DNA of 64,000 bases, from the NCBI GenBank assembly GCA_951406725.2, contig OX597818.1, positions 33,356,001 through 33,420,000 on the forward strand, read 5' to 3'. Each line of letters starts with the position of its first letter. Position 1 is the first letter of the stretch. The notes under the pieces were generated by a model. The model did no database searches. It was not told where the DNA came from and was given only the letters and a program-made list of their open reading frames with translations. Made by a program: the position numbers and the translations under genes. Shown piece by piece: positions 39,571 through 53,692 of this stretch. Source of the DNA: Octopus vulgaris (Eukaryota).

Positions 39571-40528
39571 TTAAATAGATTTTTATCTGAAAAGTAAATT
39601 AAAAAATATAAGCTAGAAGAATGTTAGAGCTTTTGGAACACAAAATGACTTACGCAGCCTGTATTTCTATATTTAATAATTCTTTACATGACCTCTCTTC
39701 GATTTTAGGACTGGACATGCGATAATATGACATTATTCACATTGGTATACATTTATGTACATGGTTTTATGCATTTCTCTATACGGATAGAAAGTGACAT
39801 AACATGGGAATGCAGGTCTTGAAATATATGTACATATCTGCAAGAAATGACATTCCGATTCATTTATGTTCTCGCTTAAACGTTCAGCACATATACGCTT
39901 AACTCCACGATGGCCTGGATAGAAGCTATAAAATTCAGCAGCGCGTGGAAGCCGCTAGTGTCTTTTCACTCTGACCACTGTTGCAACGATTTCGTTTATA
40001 GTTATTGGAAATCGCTTAAATAGGTAGGTACAGAGAAGGCTGACACGTTTTCGGTCATACTTCTCAGTCAGGCTGACATGGAGCTATATGTAACTTTTCA
40101 GTCAGGCTGACATGGAGCTCAGCAGAACTTTAATTCTTCTCTCCAAATGTAAACACCGAGATACCTCATTCCAAATAAATATATTAAAAATATTACACGT
40201 TCCGAAAGAAGCAATTGGTAATGCCAATATGATCGACACAAAACACGTTATGCCTCATCTCAGACAAAGTCAGCACTTCTTGCAACGTCTAAAAACAGAA
40301 GCTGTAAATATCCACACACACCTTTTTTATTGCTTCTTATATTTATTTCAAATACATTCTCTCAAACTGCATTATATACTTATATTATCTCCGCCTGGGA
40401 TCAATTTGTTCGACTAAAGGCGGTACTTCAACATGTCCGAATTCAAATGACTGAAAAAAATAAAAGACATGGTATTTTTTTTTTTTTGCCAAATAAGCAC
40501 ACGCACTATATATTCGTTCTTCACTCCC

Positions 40529-40725
40529 TTGTTATTGTTCTTATTCTAACTCATGTCCATTTTCCGGAAATCTTTTGTCACACGTCTGTGGCGTCCAGTA
40601 CTGTCAGAATGGAATAAGCAGAGCAAGAACACGCGCGAAGACGGTAAGTGTCGCTGAAGAGGTCACAGATGTGTGACGGAATATTTCCAGATAATGCACA
40701 TGAGTTACAATGAGAACAGTAATAA
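40529..40725. repeat. Imperfect ~64-bp inverted repeat (hairpin element)
   Basis: 40529-40592 pairs with 40662-40725. Confidence 0.75.
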
Positions 40726-40846
40726 TTGAGTGAAGAACGATTATATGGTGCGCATGTTTACTTGGTAAAAAAGGGGAAAAAAGACTATGACGAAATACAA
40801 TATCTGTTTAAACACACGATTTCACATCAGGAACATACCAAAACAA

Positions 40847-40931
<85 letters not shown>

Positions 40932-41088
40932 CGTGTATGCGTGTGCGGGTGTGTGTGTGTGCATACGCATACATATATATGTAATTTATTCCGACCGAAG
41001 TTTGGTCCAGGTCATGTTTAACTTAGAATAGTATTTAGCTAATCCTATCAGGTGGTGCTATTAAGTGAAGTTTTGTGCTATATCATGA

Positions 41089-41223
41089 TCAATTCGAGTA
41101 GGGAGTTCTTGTTAAGTGAGTTGCATCTGGGTAGGGGTGGCTTAACTGGTATTCCTTGAAGAAATTTGTCCAGACTCCGTTGAAAGGTGATGGGATCCTT
41201 TTCTTCTTTGATCTTGTTTCGGG

Positions 41224-41226
<3 letters not shown>
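41089..41226 (-). mobile_element. CR1/L2-group LINE extreme 3' fragment
   Basis: KEEKDPITFQRSLDKFLQGIPVKPPLPRCNSLNKNSLLE, the same motif class as 1-720. Confidence 0.6.
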
Positions 41227-41283
<57 letters not shown>

Positions 41284-41482
41284 AAGAGATAGAGAGATAG
41301 ACAGTAACAGATAGACACAGAGGGGCATATTCATCCATATATTTATGTATATGTACTTATGTGTGTATATGTATGCGTGCATATAAAAAGTAGCATGTAT
41401 ATTCTTAGATTACTAGACAGATAACTCACACACAAACACACACTCATACATACATACATACATACATACATACATACATACA

Positions 41483-41545
<63 letters not shown>

Positions 41546-42707
41546 TAGCATGAGATAACGATGTCGAGTAGGAAATTGATTAAAACTAAAACAGAGAGAA
41601 GGGATAAACAATGAATGTGTGTACGTGTGTGTGCACGTGTGTACACGTGTGTGTATGTTTGTGTGTGTACATGTGCGTGCGCGTGCACCTGTGTCTGCGT
41701 GCGTCTGTGAGTGAAATTCAGGGTGGCCGCATGGGGTGGGCGGTGTGCTTCAGAGAAAAGCAGAAATAGCGATAAAATCGAGGAAAAAAAGAAATTTCTG
41801 TTGAATTCAATTCCACATGGCAAGTAATCTGATAAATTCCGGGTGCATTAATGAATCCGATTCCAATTAAGAAACTAATTACAGCTGACTGCAGTTGTCA
41901 TTCTGGAGTGCTGTGGAAAAGTGCGCAAAAATGTTAAAAAAAAAAAATTTATGAACAAACAACAACAAACACACCGGACGAAGAAAGTAACAACAGAAAG
42001 CTAAAGGAATCAATCTAAAAGGAATGTGCTCTGTGCCTAAAGCGTAAATTTCCATGCACTCTTGGAATATGTGCGCGCAAAGACATACACAACCACACAG
42101 GCGCACGTATGCAGCTAATCTCGCGCGCACTTTTACAAAGACACAGGCGCTGTGCCACCGTACAAGGTTTAAGATGGTTAAATAAATATGTAACTTTGAA
42201 GATATTTCAATGTCGACTTCGTTACCTGTCTTATTCTCGTTTTCTTTCAATCGTTCATTCCTCTTTTTTTTCCCGCCCTCTCCCCTACAAATGCGTATAT
42301 GTGTGTGTGAGTATGTGCATGCATGTAGATGTGTATGAGTAACGACACACACACACTCACACATACGCACACGCACAGACATACATACACGTATGGACAT
42401 ATATATATGTATATATATATATATGTGTGCATATGTGTAAATATATGCATATATACAGGGAGAGAGAGAGAAAGAGAGAGAATTATGCATATATATATAT
42501 ATATATATATAAATAACGTATACAGTCAGAATTTCTATGTGCATATGCAAATATATGTGTGTGCGTGTATGTATGCATGTATGTATCTATGTATCTATGT
42601 GTTTATTTATGTATATTTACATAGCAAGAGAGAGAGAGAGAGAGACAGAAACAGAGCAGAGACTGAGGGAGTTATGTATGTATTGCTAGCTAAATGTTTA
42701 TATATGT

Positions 42708-42739
<32 letters not shown>

Positions 42740-42862
42740 ATTCATATAGATAGATACAAACATGCATATATGCACACATACATACATGCATACATACACA
42801 CATGCATTCATACATACATGCATACATACATACATGCAGTCATACATACATACATACATACA

Positions 42863-42894
<32 letters not shown>

Positions 42895-43302
42895 GACATA
42901 GAGAGATGGCCGCAAATATTTGTAGGAGCGAATGTTTAAATGACTAAATCAGGGTGTGTTTCCTTAATTACGTGTTGTGAGTGTATAGCTATACAAATTA
43001 TTTTCACGTAAATGCACACACACACATACAGAAAAATGTATAAAAGCTACATGCGTTTATAAGAGCTAAATATGGTTTCGTGTCTGTGCGTGCGCGTGCG
43101 TTTTCTTTTCAGATATATGTAAGTAAATCGAAATGAAAGGAAATTTAATTAAAAGCCCCGAAGGAAGAATAAGTTGATAAGGCAAGATAAAAGACAGATA
43201 AAAGATACATTTAAATACACCACCAGACACACCATCAGCTACAGACATTATACTTTTATACTTTCTCGCATACTTACATATAAGTTTACTACATACGCAT
43301 TA

Positions 43303-43342
<40 letters not shown>

Positions 43343-43347
43343 TATAT

Positions 43348-43410
<63 letters not shown>

Positions 43411-43527
43411 TCTATATACATACATACATTTATACATGCGTACATATACACACATATATATGAATGTATATATATATATATGTATTTATATATATATTCA
43501 TATATGTATATGTATATATATATATAC

Positions 43528-43578
<51 letters not shown>

Positions 43579-44259
43579 ATTACATATAATAGATTGATAG
43601 ATAGATAGATATGTGTGTACAGAAGGTTATGTGTACACCTATATATCCTTGTGTTTGTGTTTCTCTGCGAATATGTATATGCATGTGCATTTGTGTGCGT
43701 GTATTTGTGTGTATATGGGTGTGTACTTGTGTGTGTGTGTGTTTGTGAGTGTGTGTGTGTGTGTGTGTATGTGTGTGTGTATGTTTGTGTTTGTGCGTGC
43801 GTGCGTGTATGTGTGTTTGTGTGTGAGTCCGTATGCATACCGAACAATGCCTGAAATGTCTTTTTCCTGATTGGATTCTCTTTCAATGGAACATGAAATT
43901 TTATTCATTTGCAAATGTGTCATAGTAACGTGAAGATCATTGCCGCTAGGGGTGCTTTTCCTCCACCCACATTTTAATCTTTCAAGTAAGCATTAATGCT
44001 AAATAATTCTGGCTTACATAGTGAGATAAATATTTCATCTCAAATGTGGCTATGCCTAACAGTTTAGAAACCTGAAATTGGTCACCAAAACAGACGAACG
44101 TTTCTGGTGTAAGATTTTATGACCAAGATAAGACTGATTGAACAATCACACGTCCAAAACCTTTTCAGAGGTGAGAATCGTACATTTTTGGTAGTTTGTA
44201 TGACCACAATATAAATTTACTGCATTTTAATAAAGCAATAAGTGCGGAAGCGAAATCTA

Positions 44260-45050
44260 ATCGACTGGTTCCCTTCCCAAAAATTTCGAGCCTTGTGTCT
44301 AGAGTAGAAAAGAATCGTTAGCACGCCGGGCGAAATGCTTAGCCGTATTTCGTTTGCCGCTCCGTTCTGAGTTCAAATTCCGCCGGGGTCGACTTTGCCT
44401 TCCAACCTTTCGGGGTCGATTAACTAAGTACCAGTTACGCACTGGGGTCGATATAATCGATTTAATCCCTGTGTCTGTCCTTGTTTGTCCTCTCTGTGTT
44501 TAGCCCCTTGTGGGCAGTAAAGAAGTAGGTATTTCGTCCGTATTCACGTTTTGAGTTCAAATTCCGTCGAGGTCGACTTTGTCTTTCATCCTTTCGGGGT
44601 CGATTGAATAAGTACCAGTTACGCACTGGGGTCGATATAATCGACTTAATCCGTTTGTCTGTCCTCGTTTGTTCTCTCTGTGTTTAGCCTCTTGTGGGTA
44701 GTAAAAAAATGGGTATTTGAAGTCGGCGAGCTGGCAGAAACGTTAGCATGCAGGGTGACAATGCCTAGCAGTATTTCGTATGCTGTTACGTTCTGAGTTC
44801 AAATTCCGCCGAGGTCGACTTTGCCTTTCATCCTTTCGGGGTAGATTAAATAAGTACCAGTTACGCACTGGGGTCGATGTAATCGACTTAATCCGTTTGT
44901 CTGTCTTTGTTTGTCCTCTCTGTGTTTAACCCCTTGTGGGTAGTATAGAAATAAGTATTTCGTCCGTATTCACGTTCTGATTTCAAATTCCACTGAGGTC
45001 GACCAAACAATTACTATCCCCTTCCTCAAAATTTCAAGCCTTGTGCCTAT
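44260..45050 (+). mobile_element. Tandem array (~4 units) of SINE family C
   Basis: Repeated GTATTTCG...GAGTTCAAATTCCG...TTGTGGGTAGTAAAGAAATA units. Confidence 0.85.
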
Positions 45051-45877
45051 GTTAGTGCTTAAAATCAAATCAAATAAAACCATTAATTGAAAATAAAGGT
45101 TTCAAATAATATTTCAAAAGTATTTCTACGCTTGTTCGGTTTGGTGATGAAGTTCTTCAGGAGGATGCTCAAAGAGTTTTCACTGCCCCCTGCCATCACC
45201 ACCATCACCACCGAATTTGGGCGGGGGCGCTTGCACCTTGTGCATCCCCTGTTCCCGAGAAACGGTATTGTTATTTAATAAGATAGGGTTGAGATCTGAG
45301 ACAGATTTAGCTTCTATTTATAACAGATAGTGTAGCTACATCGATGAGAATTTGTTGGATCGTCGTAATGTTGTGGCAGAGGTAGGGCATTATCTACACG
45401 TAGCTTCACTGATGCGTGATACCTAGGTTGCATATGACATCTTTCAATATCTCGAGTGAGACTAGAAAGTTTTTTAAAAAATATAAAAAAAATAAAAATG
45501 TAACAAAAGTCCAAATTGGAAACAGAGGAATTTTTTCTTTTTTTTTGCCGTTTTCACGGTACAAAACCACAAGGTTACGGTTATCTACAAAATCCAGCAA
45601 ATCTATATTTTGTACGACTAAAATTAAGAACTTTCGATTTAACAGAAGCGATATAGTAAAATACGCTCTGCAACGTCTTGTTTTCCAATACACTGTTATT
45701 GTTCAAAGCTTTTCAGACCTCTCCCGATTATATTCGTTAATTTTACTGACATATCGAAGATAGTAACCACGTTTTTAAAGCGATGAAACTGCAGAACATC
45801 AGTCAAAAATTGGCAATTGTTTGCGTTTGTCCTATTCTCTTTTTCATGTATTTTTTAGCACTCTCTCTCATATATAT

Positions 45878-46480
45878 ATGACGTGTATTCAGCTGAATAA
45901 AATTACTGCTGTTATTTGTCAACAACAACTTCCAGCGGTGTATGTTTCGTTTGCCACTGTTATTTATGACATATTTCATCTTAGTTACGTTTCTATGAAT
46001 AAACGAGTGTATCTGAAGCATGTTTACTTCATGGCACCACCATAATCGTTCGTGCTTCATTCTTAATTTTTTCCATAACTCTGACCCTAAGACCCCAACC
46101 CTAACCCTAACCCTAAAACTCTAACCCTATCCCTAACCCTAACTCTAAAACCCTCACCCTAACCCTAAAACCTTAAAGCTAAAACCAGTACAAACACACG
46201 AACGATGTCATAAATAACAGTGACAAACGAAATATACACTGCCGATAGTTGTTGTTGACAAACAACAGTAGTAATTTTATTCAGCTGAATACACGTCATT
46301 GATTGGTTGAAATTACCGAAACATGACAACTTTAACATATACTTCCAAAATACAGAATTTTCTCAACAACGCCAAGAGTAAAATATGTTTTATGTGACAC
46401 ATTCTGCGAGTATATGAAGTTTGAAAGTGTGTAGCTACAAAATATTATTTTTTAAATCTTTCGGTCAAAAGGTAAAGATC
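45878..46480. mobile_element. Foldback-like element with internal degenerate (CCCTAA)n
   Basis: Inverted arms 45878-45972 and 46205-46299 flank telomere-type repeats at 46084-46186. Confidence 0.7.
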
Positions 46481-46740
46481 CAGTTAATAAATATGTTCTC
46501 TAGTAAAAAAGGTTGCAGTACTCTTTCTGATTAATCATAAATTACTTTTATACATGACTTTATATAGTCCTGGTTATTATGTGAAATTACTGAGGATTTA
46601 AATGGTGAGCAGGCATAAACATTAAAGAGGTTTTTCCAACTTGCTTGACGACTGCGACACCGAATTCTCCTCTGCGTCACAGTTCCATTCTATATTGTCT
46701 ACTTTATTAAACGCAGTAATGTAAGATCACGTGCTTTTTT

Positions 46741-47111
46741 GGCACCCCGTCGGTTACAACGACGCGTGTTCCAGTTGATCCGATCAACGGAACAGCCTGC
46801 TGGTGAAATTAACGTGCAAGTGGCTGCGCACTCCACAGACACATGTACCCTTAACGTAGTTCTCGGGGTAGGATTCAGCGTGACACAGAGTGTAACTAGG
46901 CAGGCCCTGTGAAATACAGGTACAACAGAAAGAGTAAGAGAAAGTTGTGGTGAAAGAGTACAGCAGGGTTCACCACCACCCTTTGCCGGAGTCTCGTGGA
47001 GCGTTAGGTTTTTTCACTCAATAAACACTCACAACGCCCGGTCTGGGAATCGAAATCGCGATCCTAAGACCGCGAATCCGCTGCGCTAACCACTGGGCCA
47101 TTGCGCCTCCA
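46741..47111 (-). mobile_element. SINE family A (more diverged)
   Basis: Homologous to 2578-2960. Confidence 0.9.
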
Positions 47112-48556
47112 CAAGCGATTTACATCAATCGAAAACTTAACGTTAATAATGACACAAAATCATGAACAACAAAATGTTTCTAACCAGTTATAAAACTTTA
47201 AGTATATGAACATGGTTGCAAGTTACTGAGGACTTAAGTGTGTATGAAGTGAGTCTGTACAAGGCAAGCGGAAGGAAAGTTTGATAGACTGATTCTCCAC
47301 GATAGAAATACTTGGAGATGCTGCTCCATTATTGCCGAATGAGTATAGTAAAAAGGATAAAAGAATAAAGTAATATATTTCGTTTTCAATTTTTATTGTT
47401 TTTCCTGTCGAATTATATTTACTTTGCTTTCTCCCTTTTATTCAATTTTTTTTTTGTTTGTTCATTTTTCAATTATAGGATTCTTCTGTGAAGGAAACAC
47501 AGAATAATAGCTAAGGGCTTATTACGTGCCTACATTATCGTTATTATGTGTTTCATTTTAAATATATAGTTATTTATCTGTCTCTCTGAATTAAGTTGCG
47601 TTTGAGTGTGTATGTGTGCGCGTGCGTGCAAAAAGTACAGGATATTTGTTTTGAAATAATTTACAATCTTTATCATGCGCCGTCATAAAAAAAAATTTGA
47701 GATATTTTTTTGGTATAAGTATCGCGTAGTGTTCCTTTAAGTTCGCTTTAAATTATGAAGGCGCCTGTAACAATTTTATTAAATTATATTCTAAAATATA
47801 AAACAACAGTGCCTGTGGCATTTTATTAGAAATATTAAGGAAGCCGTTTTGCTCGGGAGAATATTCATAAAAAATAAATCATTCTTAAAGAGCTACTCCT
47901 ATAATTACAATTAAACCATCTTTAATGTTTTATAACGTCGATTTTCGTTAGAAATATTAATTTATCGCTAACTTACAGGATTACTGAAATATATGTAGTA
48001 ATCATGGCTCCTTGTTACTTTACTTCCATTCGCTACCATATGGCTTAAGTTTCGATTCTTATATATTTTTTCTGGGGAGGAGGAATAAACATACATACAT
48101 ATATCACAAATACATATGAATACATTTCTATTAAAGAGACAAAAACACCAACTCTGTTTAGAGACTGTAGTCTGTATTTCAATTTCTGCATAATAAAATA
48201 TCACTTATATTTAGGCTGAAGAAGAACAGAAACTCATAGAAGAATTTGCCAAAACAAAGGGGAAAATAAATATTAAGAAGAATCTTGAGAAATATAACAC
48301 AAATCTGTGGGGAGGTGGTTCGAATAATAGTCAATTACATTTACACTAGAATTTACTTTGTATTTTATTTATAGACTTATCCATACTAGTATTTATTTAG
48401 TACATTATTTATCGGCTTATTCTACATTCTGGGTAGAAATGGGTAGAAATGCCACGAAGAAGAGGTAATTGAGTGAATTTTACTTGGAATGTTACTAAAA
48501 ACATTCAGTTATATGACAGCCATCATTTGAAAAACATGCCACACACAAACACAAAT

Positions 48557-48641
<85 letters not shown>

Positions 48642-48862
48642 CAATTTTTTTTTATAATTATGAGTTTAATTATAATTAGAGTTCAGCAAAAACTTTGCTT
48701 CACCACATACCAAAATTTTAAAATAGCAGCTAAAACTAGCTATTTCTCTACCATAAGAAAATCTCACAGACAACAATACTCAATAACCCACGCAGGTAAA
48801 GAGAAAAAAATTGAAATAATTTAGATAATCAAAAAAAGAGATTTATTATTATTATTATTATT

Positions 48863-49253
48863 GAGTGAGAGAGCAGTTCATGTCATCAAAGTGACACTAA
48901 GGTAAAATATACGAAGCCCAATATACCCATCATGACTACTCGTCTGATAAGGGTACACCAGGCACATGCATCATTTCGAGAGGTGAATTATTCAAACCCC
49001 AAAGAATCTCTCTCAACACATGGCTATGATGCTCCCTCACTACTTCTGCTCATGATCAGAGATGCACATATCGTCAGCCACTAAGGGACATGCTCAATTG
49101 GTTATGGTCAAACAACTGACAAGCAAATCTGATTGAGCAGAATATTTGCTGTAGCCCATCTTTAATACCATGACAAAACAATGTACATAATAACACTTCC
49201 AATCAGTTAAGATCAGAATCCATGAGAGCCATTATCTGGTACTGCATCAGGGC

Positions 49254-49254
<1 letters not shown>
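48863..49254. mobile_element. ~390-bp insertion within a (TTA)n tract, probably a retroposon
   Basis: Complex sequence sharply bounded by (TTA)n on both sides. Confidence 0.45.
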
Positions 49255-49313
<59 letters not shown>

Positions 49314-50943
49314 ATAATACACACGCCGATAATTCATATACACCCACTTATGCTTACATGCAATGTGTGTTTGGGTTAAAAGGAGCGTTAACTATGAGTG
49401 ATAAGTTTATGAATAAGAGCCTAACTTTTACTTTAAACAGCAATCTTTATTATAAAACCTGTTCTCATAGCAAAATGTATACCATTTGAGAGCTTCTGGA
49501 ACCTTTCATGCTATTTATTATTGGTCCCCCAAAATACAAATACGTCTCCCGTGGCTACTAAATTGGATGATGACATTCAGCAGAGGTGACAATCGGGTTA
49601 ATCCTATAAATGGCCTCTTTTGTCCTTTAAACTTAGTATCGCATTCGAGCTGCATATTAAAAATGCCTTCGCATCACGTATATTTCCCATTCCGGTGCTC
49701 CACCGCTGAATATAAATGTCTATCATTTACATATATTTTCTTTTGAAGAGAAATGATATCACTTTGTAAACAGATATTATAACAAATCAAAGAAGGACTT
49801 TATGTATTTATAATTAGTAGTTATGAGCTCATGTTCTTCATCTTTAGGAAAACCGTTCAATTTTTATATTCCTCCTCAGAAGACCTATCGAAAAATAAAG
49901 AGAATATCGTAAAGAAAATGTATCTCTAAGATGCAACCAATACATTTATTAAACTAGCATCTTTTTGTAAGCAGCAATATTAGAAATATGTATATGATGG
50001 GTGCCAGAATGAAACTGATCTAAGCTCAACGGAATTGGTGATTTATACTACAAAGATAATCTGTAAAGATAGGAAGAAGTATTGGATGATGCACTTGACA
50101 ATGCTTCAGTTGAAAAGTATCAATATATTTACAGTAATACATAATTATTTTATAAACGACCGGACTTAATAGTATATGTGAAAGTAATATACATGATATA
50201 GGTATTACATATAGAAAACAGACTGTACGTCGCCATTACGGAGAAATTATTCATATATATTCACATTAATTTCTATAAACAGATATACACAGGCAATTGT
50301 TTGCTGTAGCATCAAAATATGTTCTCTCCTCAATTTCTCATTAATTCGTCCTGCAGATGTTCATGTAACATTTAAGATATATACATTTAATAACCTCTAA
50401 ACTTCTAACAGTACGGAGGTCAGTTAATCTAACCATAAACTTCAGATGAGTATACGCAGGTATTAATATTAATGTCTGCTGAAACTTAAAGTATTTTGTT
50501 TGCCCTGGTCGTCTCTACTAAGAAACGTTCCCGATCGTAAGATGGTAGACGATAACTGACAGAGAACAATTGTCTCTATCTTGTATGATCAGCGGCCAGG
50601 AGAAAATCGCTCCAGCGTTTTAATTAATATAATATTTCTCTACCTCACATGATAGCAAATGATCAAATATAATTTTCTGGCTTAATAACAAATGTTCTGG
50701 TTGTTTCGATTAGGAAATAGGAGATTGTAAGGTTGTGCCGTGGTAATAAATTCCTGGAAGGAGATTTTAAGTATAGCAATATTTTATCTGATGCAATATC
50801 AGTAGAGCCTCGATATTTAGTAACGCCTTTTGATGATCTGATTTCGAATCATGTCTAGGTCGATTTTTACATTCCGAGTGGAGAATTTAATTTACGAGAC
50901 GAATATTAAGGTCGATAACTGCAACTATCTTTCCTCCTTTATA

Positions 50944-51175
50944 AGGCGGCGAGCTAGCAAAAACGTTAGCACGCTGGGCGAAATGCGTAGCCGTATTTCG
51001 TCTGCCGTTAGGTTTTGGGTTCAAATTCCGCCGAGGTCGACTTTGCCTTTCATCCTTTCGGGGTCGATAAATTAAATACCAGTTACACACTGGGGTTGAT
51101 GTAATCGACTTAACCCGTTTGTCTGTCCTTGTTTGTCCCCTCTGTGTTTAGCCCCTTGTGGGTAGTAAAGAAATA
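50944..51175 (+). mobile_element. SINE family C, single full-length copy
   Basis: Full tRNA head GGCGGCGAGCTAGC...GGGTTCAAATTCC; TSD TATCTTTCCTYCTT at 50926-50939 and 51176-51189. Confidence 0.9.
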
Positions 51176-52260
51176 TATCTTTCCTTCTTCGAGTTTATGT
51201 TTATTTTATTAGAGATTGTTAAAAAGAGTATACAAAATAGGCCAAAATATTATTATATTTCATATTAATAAAGATTGCGTTCCAGTTTCGATACCCATTT
51301 GAAGAGACTTGTCTTCATTAACGTATGACATCACAGAATGACATTTAACTCTCTTTCTAATATGTGTCAAAATCGGAAATCAGTGCTTCATCTAGAAACT
51401 GGCATTATTTATCCTTACCAATTACTCACGCACATTCTCATTCGAAATCATACAAATGTTGACTTTTCATCTGCGAGGAATCGTTGATATAAATACCGGC
51501 AATATATTTGTAATTAATTCTACAGAATTGAGATTGCATTAAAATTATAGGGCATCTGTTTTCTACGGTAATCATGTAGTACGTTATAATCATTGTTTAT
51601 AGTCTACAATGGACAATATTGTTTCGGGTTCAATCCCACTGTGCAGTTGCTTGGGCTAGAGTCTTCTACGACCAATGCATTATGAACGAACTCAGTAGAC
51701 AAAAACTGTGTGGAAGCCCAACTATTTACATGCATATATATGTATGTGTGTGTGTGTGTGTGTGCGTGAGTGTGTGTGTGTCTCTTTGTGCTTCTCGTTG
51801 TGTTTAATCCACGTCGATGTTAAATAAAAGTCAGTCCAATTACTGAAAGAATAGAAAAAATATACAGAATCTATTTATCATATGTGCGTGAATTTATGTT
51901 CATGGGTTTTGTGGATACTCAAAAATTCCACTTCGTGTAAATAACATCACATATATTTTCAATCACAGAATATCACACTCTCACATACATACCTGTTCAT
52001 AATTCTTAAATATAAGTTTATGAATATTTACATTTACATGGATTCTATGTTTTATGTTAATAGGCTGAATGTGGGCTGGTAAAAGTAGAAATAAAATGTA
52101 TTCACTATATATTAAAATTGCAATGTATTTTCCAATTAACCAATATAGTAATTAAAAAAGAAATGTCCTGGATTAGAACAGTTTCTGATAATCATTTGCA
52201 GTATTCAATTCTACTATTGCTTTGGGCATCTTTTAATATCACTCTTCTGTCATATTCATA

Positions 52261-53692
52261 TTAAATTTTGGGTCAAGGTCGGCAATTTCGAGGTAGAGGT
52301 TACGGCGATTAAATCGACCCAATTGTTCTAGTGGTACTTACTCTATAAACCATGTAAAGATGAAAAGCAAAGTCGACGTCGGAAGAATTTGAACACCAAA
52401 CCTGAAAACGAACGAGATGCCACTAGGCATTTTGTCCGGTGCAGTAACGATTCGGCCGCCTTGCCTTTCTGTAATATTGATTTCAAATTTTGCGACAAGG
52501 CCAGCAATTACGAAACAGTGGTTAAATCGATTACATCTACCCTAGGGTAGATGAAAGATGAAATGTAAAATCAACCTCTGCGGAATTTGAGCTCAGAAGG
52601 AAACGACAGACGAGAGGCCGCTAAGCATTTTGTACAGTAAGCTAACGATTCTGCTCTCTATAATATTGATTTCAAATTTTGACGCAACCTCAGGAATTTC
52701 GGAAATATGATAATTCGATTACATCGACATCAGTGTTCAACTGGTACTTTTTTTTATCAACCCCAAAAGCATGAAATGCAAATTCAACCTCCGTAGAATT
52801 TTAAATCAGAATGCGAAGATAGACGAAAAGCCGCTAAGTATTTCGTTCCAGCGTGTCAGTATACCCCTTTCTAATATTGATTTCAAATTTTTGCACGAGG
52901 CTAGTAAGTTCAGGGAAAGGGGTAAGTCGATTATCTAAAACCCAATATTTAACTGGTACTTATTTTATCGACCTCAATTGGAAGAAATACAAAGTCGAAC
53001 TCTGAGGAATTTGAAGTCGCAACATAAATTCGGACTAAATACCTATTTCTTTACTACCCAGAAGGGACTAAACACAGAGAGGACAAACAAGGACAGACAA
53101 ACGTAATTCGATTATATCGCCCCCAGAGCGTAACTGGTACTTATTTAATCGACCACGAAAGGATGAAAGGCATAGTCGACGTCGGCGGAATTTGAACTCA
53201 AAACGTAACGGCTGACGAAATACCTATTTCTTTACTACCCACAAGGGGCTAAACAAAGAGAGGACAAACAAGGAGACAAACGGATTAAGTCGATTACATC
53301 GACTCCAGTGCGTAACTGGTACTTAATTTATCGACCCCGAAAGGATGAAAGGCAAAGTCGACCTTGGCGGAATTTGAACTCAGAACGTAACGGCAGATGA
53401 AATACGGCTACGCATTTCGCCCGGCGTGCTAACGTTTCTGCCAGCTCTTCGCCTTAATTATAAAATTAATAGCAACCCTTTCTACAAAAAGCACAAGGCC
53501 TAAAATTTGGGTGCGGGGGTGGACTAGTAGATTACATCGACCCCAGTGTTTCATTGATACTTAATTTATAGACACCTCCAAAATGGACAAAGGTAAAGTT
53601 GTGCTCGAGAGAATTTGAAATCAGAACGTGAAGACGAACGAAATGCCGCTAAACATTTTACCCGGCTGGCTCACGATTCTGCCAGTTCACCA
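52261..53692 (-). mobile_element. Long tandem array (~7 units) of SINE family C with mixed old and young units
   Basis: ~180-200-bp period; linker TAATATTGATTTCAAATTTT at ~52472, 52661 and 52872; younger units at 53040-53455. Confidence 0.85.

Noticed and set aside
41879-43923. Several 90-220 aa ORFs
   Set aside because: Translations of (TA)/(CA)/(TACA)/(GATA) microsatellites
46084-46186. True telomere or chromosome fusion site
   Set aside because: Short, degenerate, single orientation and enclosed in an inverted-repeat element
52261-53692. Regularly spaced repeats as a CRISPR-like array
   Set aside because: Eukaryotic context; the intervening sequences are homologous SINE units rather than unique spacers; no cas genes
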